Source: an uncultured Alphaproteobacteria bacterium
Lineage (GTDB): Bacteria > Pseudomonadota > Alphaproteobacteria > Rhizobiales > Xanthobacteraceae
DNA: 64,000 nt
Direction of reading: 5' to 3'
NCBI GenBank assembly: GCA_963753575.1
Contig: CAVWCR010000005.1
Span: 397,547-461,546 of the forward strand
The position numbers and the translations under genes are program-made. Of this stretch, positions 63,598-64,000 are shown one piece after another; within the stretch, counting starts at the first letter, position 1, and each line of letters opens with the position of its first letter. The notes below the pieces were generated by a model. It was not told where the DNA came from. It worked only from the letters and a program-made list of their open reading frames with translations, and ran no database searches.

Positions 63598-64000
63598 GCG
63601 AGCCGCACGTCGTCATCCACACCGACGGCGCCTGTTCGGGCAACCCGGGGCCCGGCGGCTGGGGCGCGATCCTGGCCTTCGGCGACCATCGCAAGGAGCT
63701 CAAGGGCGGCGAGGCGTACACCACCAACAACCGCATGGAGCTGATGGCCGCCATTTCTGCGCTGGAGGCGCTCAAGCAGCCGTGCCTGGTCGATCTGCAC
63801 ACTGACAGCCAGTACCTGCGCGACGGCATCATGAAGTGGATCCACGGCTGGAAGCGCAACGGCTGGCGCACCGCCGACAAGAAGCCGGTCAAGAACGTGG
63901 ACCTTTGGCAACAGCTTGACGCCGCCATGACGGCGCATCGGGTGCGCTGGCACTGGGTGCGCGGTCACGCCGGTAACCCCTTGAACGAACGCGCTGATGA
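63594..64000 (+). CDS. rnhA: Ribonuclease HI (3' end beyond right edge)
   Basis: ATGA overlap with thrB stop. Hand translation [109 protein letters not shown].... Not in the ORF track (no stop in window). Confidence 0.9.
   Translation, partial: MSEPHVVIHTDGACSGNPGPGGWGAILAFGDHRKELKGGEAYTTNNRMELMAAISALEALKQPCLVDLHTDSQYLRDGIMKWIHGWKRNGWRTADKKPVKNVDLWQQLDAAMTAHRVRWHWVRGHAGNPLNERAD

Overview
High-GC (about 65%) alphaproteobacterial chromosomal segment. It is probably from Bradyrhizobiaceae/Nitrobacteraceae. This is an inference from gene content: split pntAA-pntAB-pntB, many Bug/TctC-type receptors, DUF3551 proteins, a DUF1013-thrB-rnhA block and characteristic GC-rich intergenic repeats. I support about 62 protein-coding genes. 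They include two TetR-controlled efflux operons (EmrAB-like MFS, and MFP+RND), the transhydrogenase operon, two PQQ dehydrogenases (one followed by a cytochrome c), UbiD, PepF, a UbiB-type kinase, rpsU, two acyl/propionyl-CoA synthetases, and a Rieske oxygenase/amidohydrolase/aldolase cluster. There are also eight orphan Bug/TctC-like solute receptors. I saw no rRNA, tRNA, CRISPR, transposase or integrase. The observations most worth a second look are: (1) a structured double-hairpin repeat with CTAGTGCC termini, present as a 163-bp tandem between two divergent DUF465 genes and again, inverted, abutting a TIR gene; (2) a hicB-hicA cassette sitting between 42-bp perfect direct repeats of the pntB 3' end; (3) a frameshifted TIR-transmembrane gene; (4) two PQQ dehydrogenases carrying the D-x-D signature associated with lanthanide dependence, one of which lacks the vicinal Cys-Cys; (5) several MITE/REP-like inverted-repeat elements, three of them in intercistronic spacers of operons; (6) two unannotated small ORFs below the ORF-track cutoff. 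The three apparent frame disruptions (hicA, TIR, an RND loop) could be real decay or assembly indels, and I cannot distinguish these from sequence alone. All family assignments come from reading translated motifs by eye. No database search was run.
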